DNA of 64,000 nucleotides from a virus (Duplodnaviria; Caudoviricetes), in the IMG/VR virus record IMGVR_UViG_3300021400_000045, positions 1 through 64,000 of that record, one strand, 5' to 3'. The translations under genes were made by a program, and so were the position numbers. Shown here piece by piece: positions 60,562 through 64,000 of the stretch (positions within the stretch are counted from its first letter, which is position 1; each line of letters opens with the position of its first letter). The notes under the pieces were generated by a model, which was given only the letters and a program-made list of their open reading frames with translations, ran no database searches and was not told the origin of the DNA.

Positions 60562-60609
60562 ACAGTAAACGCACAGTAAAAGAATTTGAAACAGTAAACC
60601 GACAGTAAA
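60562..60609 (+). repeat. Four ACAGTAAA direct repeats (two pairs, 11-bp spacing)
   Basis: Start at 60562, 60573, 60591, 60602. Confidence 0.75.
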
Positions 60610-60621
60610 AGAGGTGAGACT

Positions 60622-61188
60622 ATGCATAAACCCAACCCGACCGCCATCTACTATTCCAAGAACAAGACGCGATACGACTACCCCAGCCGCAGCTACATCT
60701 GCCGCGAGGGCGAAAACGGGACGCTCTGGTCAATGGGCACTTACCCTACCAAGATCAGACCCAAAGACCTGCCCGACTATTACATATATGTTTACCTATA
60801 CGGCGGTTACAAGTACCTCCGCGCCACTCATGTCAAGGATATGATCTACAAGCCAAACATGTGGGTCAATCATTTCCTGAAGGACGACGTACTGTACATC
60901 TCCTATAACAAGCCGCTTGAAATGGTAGACACCAAGTGGGGCGGCAAGACCTGTGAGAACTACGATATCGCCCTGTTCGGCAATGATATCCTGATCTTCG
61001 TGGCGGCGGCCAAGTACTATTCCCATTACGACACAGCCGAGATCGAGCAGGCCATCAAGGACAAGTGGGAGCATTTCTGCAAGACCCACCCCGAAGAGCT
61101 TGAGCACTGGGCCAATAAGGACTGGCACTATGATCCGGCTGAATACGACGAGAAAGTGAGAGAGAACAAACTATGGCGCGGTACCTGA
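60622..61188 (+). CDS. Aromatic-rich hypothetical protein
   Basis: RBS GAGGTG. Confidence 0.7.
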   Translation: MHKPNPTAIYYSKNKTRYDYPSRSYICREGENGTLWSMGTYPTKIRPKDLPDYYIYVYLYGGYKYLRATHVKDMIYKPNMWVNHFLKDDVLYISYNKPLEMVDTKWGGKTCENYDIALFGNDILIFVAAAKYYSHYDTAEIEQAIKDKWEHFCKTHPEELEHWANKDWHYDPAEYDEKVRENKLWRGT

Positions 61189-61640
61189 AAAACGAACGGC
61201 AGAGCAAAGTCCTTGAGCTGATTGAAAAGTATGCCGTCCCCGACGCTGGCACACTCCAGCAGTTGCTGGCTGAAAACGGCTTCGTCTATGACGAGGCCAC
61301 CATCTACCGTGACATCACTGACCTGCATCTCGCCACCTCCGTACGCCCCGATGGCCGCATCGGCTTCGCGACGCCAGGTCAGATCGCCCACGAAAGTCTC
61401 GCCGAGCGCCTGTCCAAGCTGACCATTGAGGCCGCTATGCAGGTTGAGATGCTCAACATCTACGTCAAGATCCGCTGTATTCACGGCTGTGCGGAGGCGG
61501 TTGCCACATCCATCAACGCGCTGACCCTTGATCAGGTCTTCTGTTGTGTGGTGGCGCGTGACGACGTGCTCATCATATGCCGTTCTGAGGACGACGCCAA
61601 GTTTGTATTCAAAATTCTGGAGAAGGTGATAAACCAATGA
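61173..61640 (+). CDS. Divergent ArgR/AhrC-family regulator
   Basis: KNERQSKVLELI..LLAENGF..EATIYRDI; C-terminal GCAEAVA...RDDVLIICR. Confidence 0.75.
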   Translation: MARYLKNERQSKVLELIEKYAVPDAGTLQQLLAENGFVYDEATIYRDITDLHLATSVRPDGRIGFATPGQIAHESLAERLSKLTIEAAMQVEMLNIYVKIRCIHGCAEAVATSINALTLDQVFCCVVARDDVLIICRSEDDAKFVFKILEKVINQ

Positions 61641-62155
61641 TCAAGTTCGAGAAAGTCCCTTTCAATACATTTATTCAGAGCGGCGAAGTAGTCGAGTGGA
61701 TAGCGCCCGACGTGCTTGAAGACCAGGAGTTCTGGGTCTCTGCCTATCAGGCCTTCGACCTGCCCACCCGCGCCACCAAAGCCTCTGCCGGTTACGATAT
61801 CCACACGCCGTTCGCGTTCACGCTGAAACCTGGCAAGGCGATCACCGTTCCAACCGGCCTGCGTTGCATCATGCCTGAGGACAGAGTCCTGCTCATCGCC
61901 CCGCGCTCCGGCCTTGGCTTCAAGTTCCGCATCGGGCTGGCAAATACTTTAGCCGTGATCGACGCAGACTACGCGAACTCCGACAACTATGGCCACATCA
62001 TGCTGAAGCTGGTCAACGACGGCGACAAGCCCGTCTACTTCCGGCGTAACGACCGTATCTGTCAGGGCATCATCGTGCGCTATGACGTGACCGACGATGA
62101 CACGGCAGACGGCGTCCGCAACGGCGGCTTCGGCAGTACCGACAACGCCTCATAA
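61637..62155 (+). CDS. dut: Trimeric dUTPase
   Basis: AGYDI, PRSG, VIDADY, RICQ, RNGGFGST. Confidence 0.95.
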   Translation: MIKFEKVPFNTFIQSGEVVEWIAPDVLEDQEFWVSAYQAFDLPTRATKASAGYDIHTPFAFTLKPGKAITVPTGLRCIMPEDRVLLIAPRSGLGFKFRIGLANTLAVIDADYANSDNYGHIMLKLVNDGDKPVYFRRNDRICQGIIVRYDVTDDDTADGVRNGGFGSTDNAS

Positions 62156-62166
62156 GGAGTATATTT

Positions 62167-62937
62167 ATGAACGATATCACCGTATTATGCGCAAATATTC
62201 CGGCGCTGTGCTGCCTGCGCCTAACCTGCACCTATCCTCTGGATACGCTGGGCGGCATCACCAAGCTGGTCGTCACGCGCAGGAACGTGGCAACCGGCAC
62301 GGACACCATTGTCATCAACAAGGCCGTCGAGGAGGTCGCCGATCTCATCTTCTCCTATGATGATCTTGAGGTCGTGTCCGGCTGCAAGTACCGCTACACG
62401 GTCAACATGCTCAACGGCAGTCTTGAGGTCATCCAGAGCGGGTTTGCCACCGCCGAGTTCTCCTTCAGCGGTATCTCGCTGGCCGACAGCACCGGCTCCT
62501 GGCACACCAATTTCGGTACCAGCGCCAACCAGTACTCTGAGTCCTACAAGTACACGCGCCCGCTCCAGTACGTCAACACACTGAGTAGCAAGTTCCCGCA
62601 CCGTGTTTCCAACGGCGAGGCGAGCTACGCGGTGGGCTCCTGTAACGGCTGGTGGGTACCCATGACCAAGGACGACTGCGGTTCCCCCGACCTCACTCAG
62701 GACGTGGCCGGTTACCGTGACGCGTTCATCGCGTTCCTGCGCAACGGGCATAACAAGCTCATGCGCACCGGCGACGGCAAGGCCTACATCGTGTCCATCG
62801 ACAGCGATGTCACGGAGAACTGGAGCCCGCGCACCAAGCTCACTACGATCGCTTTTAACTGGACGCAGGTCGGCGAGGTTGACCGGCCTGCCTACACCAA
62901 CGACACACCCAAGTGGCAAGGCGAGGTGGGGTTATGA
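62167..62937 (+). CDS. Probable tail/baseplate-associated protein
   Basis: Beta-rich; FLRNGHNKLMRTGDG...FNWTQVG; precedes the DUF5048-like gene. Confidence 0.5.
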   Translation: MNDITVLCANIPALCCLRLTCTYPLDTLGGITKLVVTRRNVATGTDTIVINKAVEEVADLIFSYDDLEVVSGCKYRYTVNMLNGSLEVIQSGFATAEFSFSGISLADSTGSWHTNFGTSANQYSESYKYTRPLQYVNTLSSKFPHRVSNGEASYAVGSCNGWWVPMTKDDCGSPDLTQDVAGYRDAFIAFLRNGHNKLMRTGDGKAYIVSIDSDVTENWSPRTKLTTIAFNWTQVGEVDRPAYTNDTPKWQGEVGL

Positions 62938-64000
62938 ACGTCACTCAGGACGACATCAACGCTGTCAACCAGCTCGACCACGTCGTCAGGTACAAGCTGG
63001 AGCTGCTCGACGAGTATCTGCTCGTCACCAGCGAAGTGACAGCAAGTGCCAAAGATGTCACTTTCAACATCGACGCTGAGTCCAACATGCGCCGCACCGG
63101 CACACTCACCCTGATCGTCGATGACGCCGACTGGGTCAAGGAAAACTTCGAGCTCGGCTGGATGGACAAGTTCGTCCGTTTTAGCATAGGTCTCCTGTAT
63201 AACGGCGATTACCGCTGGTATGTCCTCGGCACGATGGTCGCGACCTCAGACGCCTTTACCTTTGACGAGACCACCAACGAGCTCCAGCTGACGCTCACCG
63301 ATATCATGGGCCTGCTCAACTCCGAGCGCGGCAGTCAGATCGGCTGGCCCGTCAAGGTCACCATGAACTCCGTCATCAAAGAACAGCTCGACGTCACTAT
63401 CTCCAGATGGTCTCTCCTAAAGCGCACCGACATCGAGGACTTCCCCGATGTCATCCCTTACGACCAGGAGTTCTCCGAGGGCGTCTACCCATACGACATC
63501 CTGAAGAAGATCCTCGACCTCTTCCCGTGGTACGAGCAGTACTTCGATGTTGACGGTGTCTACCACGCTGGCAAGATCCCGATGCGCTTCAGTGACCCGT
63601 GCGTCGTGAATGCCGCCGACATCAATGACCTGATCATCTCTGAAAAGCGTTCCCTCGACTTCGGCCAGATCAAGAACACCACCGAGATCTGGGGCAAAAG
63701 GATCGCGGCCAACTATACCTCCCAGACCTGTGAGCTCGACACGACGTCGAACACCTATAAGCTGGGCTTCCTCATGCAGCTCCAGACCGTCGAGCCCAAC
63801 AAGCGCTACTGCTTCACACCAGACAAGGTCTCCCCGACCAACCCGACGCTAACCTTCACTGTGGTCGATGAAGATGACGAAACCAAGACGAAAACCGTCA
63901 CGCTCCCGCTTCTCGACTCCGACGGCAACGCGCTCCAGGCTGGCGCTCTCGCCGCAGGCTACGCTTATGTCGCCCGATGCGTGGCGACCGTGGTCGACGG
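62934..64000 (+). CDS. DUF5048-like tail/baseplate hub protein (runs off the window edge)
   Basis: Hand translation MNVTQDDI...NIDAESNMRRTGTLTL...WYVLGTM...YEQYFDVDG...IKNTTEIWG. Confidence 0.55.
   Translation, partial: MNVTQDDINAVNQLDHVVRYKLELLDEYLLVTSEVTASAKDVTFNIDAESNMRRTGTLTLIVDDADWVKENFELGWMDKFVRFSIGLLYNGDYRWYVLGTMVATSDAFTFDETTNELQLTLTDIMGLLNSERGSQIGWPVKVTMNSVIKEQLDVTISRWSLLKRTDIEDFPDVIPYDQEFSEGVYPYDILKKILDLFPWYEQYFDVDGVYHAGKIPMRFSDPCVVNAADINDLIISEKRSLDFGQIKNTTEIWGKRIAANYTSQTCELDTTSNTYKLGFLMQLQTVEPNKRYCFTPDKVSPTNPTLTFTVVDEDDETKTKTVTLPLLDSDGNALQAGALAAGYAYVARCVATVVD

Noticed and set aside
1-64000. DGR, retron, group II intron or IS element
   Set aside because: No reverse transcriptase or transposase motifs and no TR/VR pair seen.

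Overview
A 64-kb internal segment of a large, probably temperate, SPbeta-like tailed phage of an anaerobic Firmicute (Clostridia-type strong Shine-Dalgarno sites, class III RNR). No host genes or rRNA are evident. Minus strand, 1-20.3 kb: head and packaging genes (prohead protease/scaffold, portal, large and small terminase), metallophosphoesterase, PhoH, ClpP-like protease, a YonO-type single-subunit RNA polymerase, small ORFs, an AT-rich palindrome array, a tyrosine recombinase and a sigma-like gene. Plus strand, 21-64 kb: a structured non-coding leader, about 22 kb of small early/accessory genes strongly enriched in CGGAA, a two-frame C5 methyltransferase, RNA ligase, lysozyme, ParB, ERF/SSB/exonuclease/primase-helicase, DnaE, ThyX, NrdD/G, a divergent ArgR, dUTPase and tail-like genes. 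Three group I introns split conserved motifs of the RNA polymerase, DnaE and NrdD. The best candidate for an undescribed system is an integron-like array at 49.47-51.37 kb: seven small, AT-rich, single-gene cassettes separated by a recurring imperfect inverted-repeat site (best copy GACTTAAA-TAGGAG-TTTAAGAC). The site has tyrosine-recombinase core geometry, supplies the RBS of the next gene and usually overlaps the stop codon of the previous one. All protein assignments rest on motifs recognised by eye, not on database searches, and counts are hand counts.
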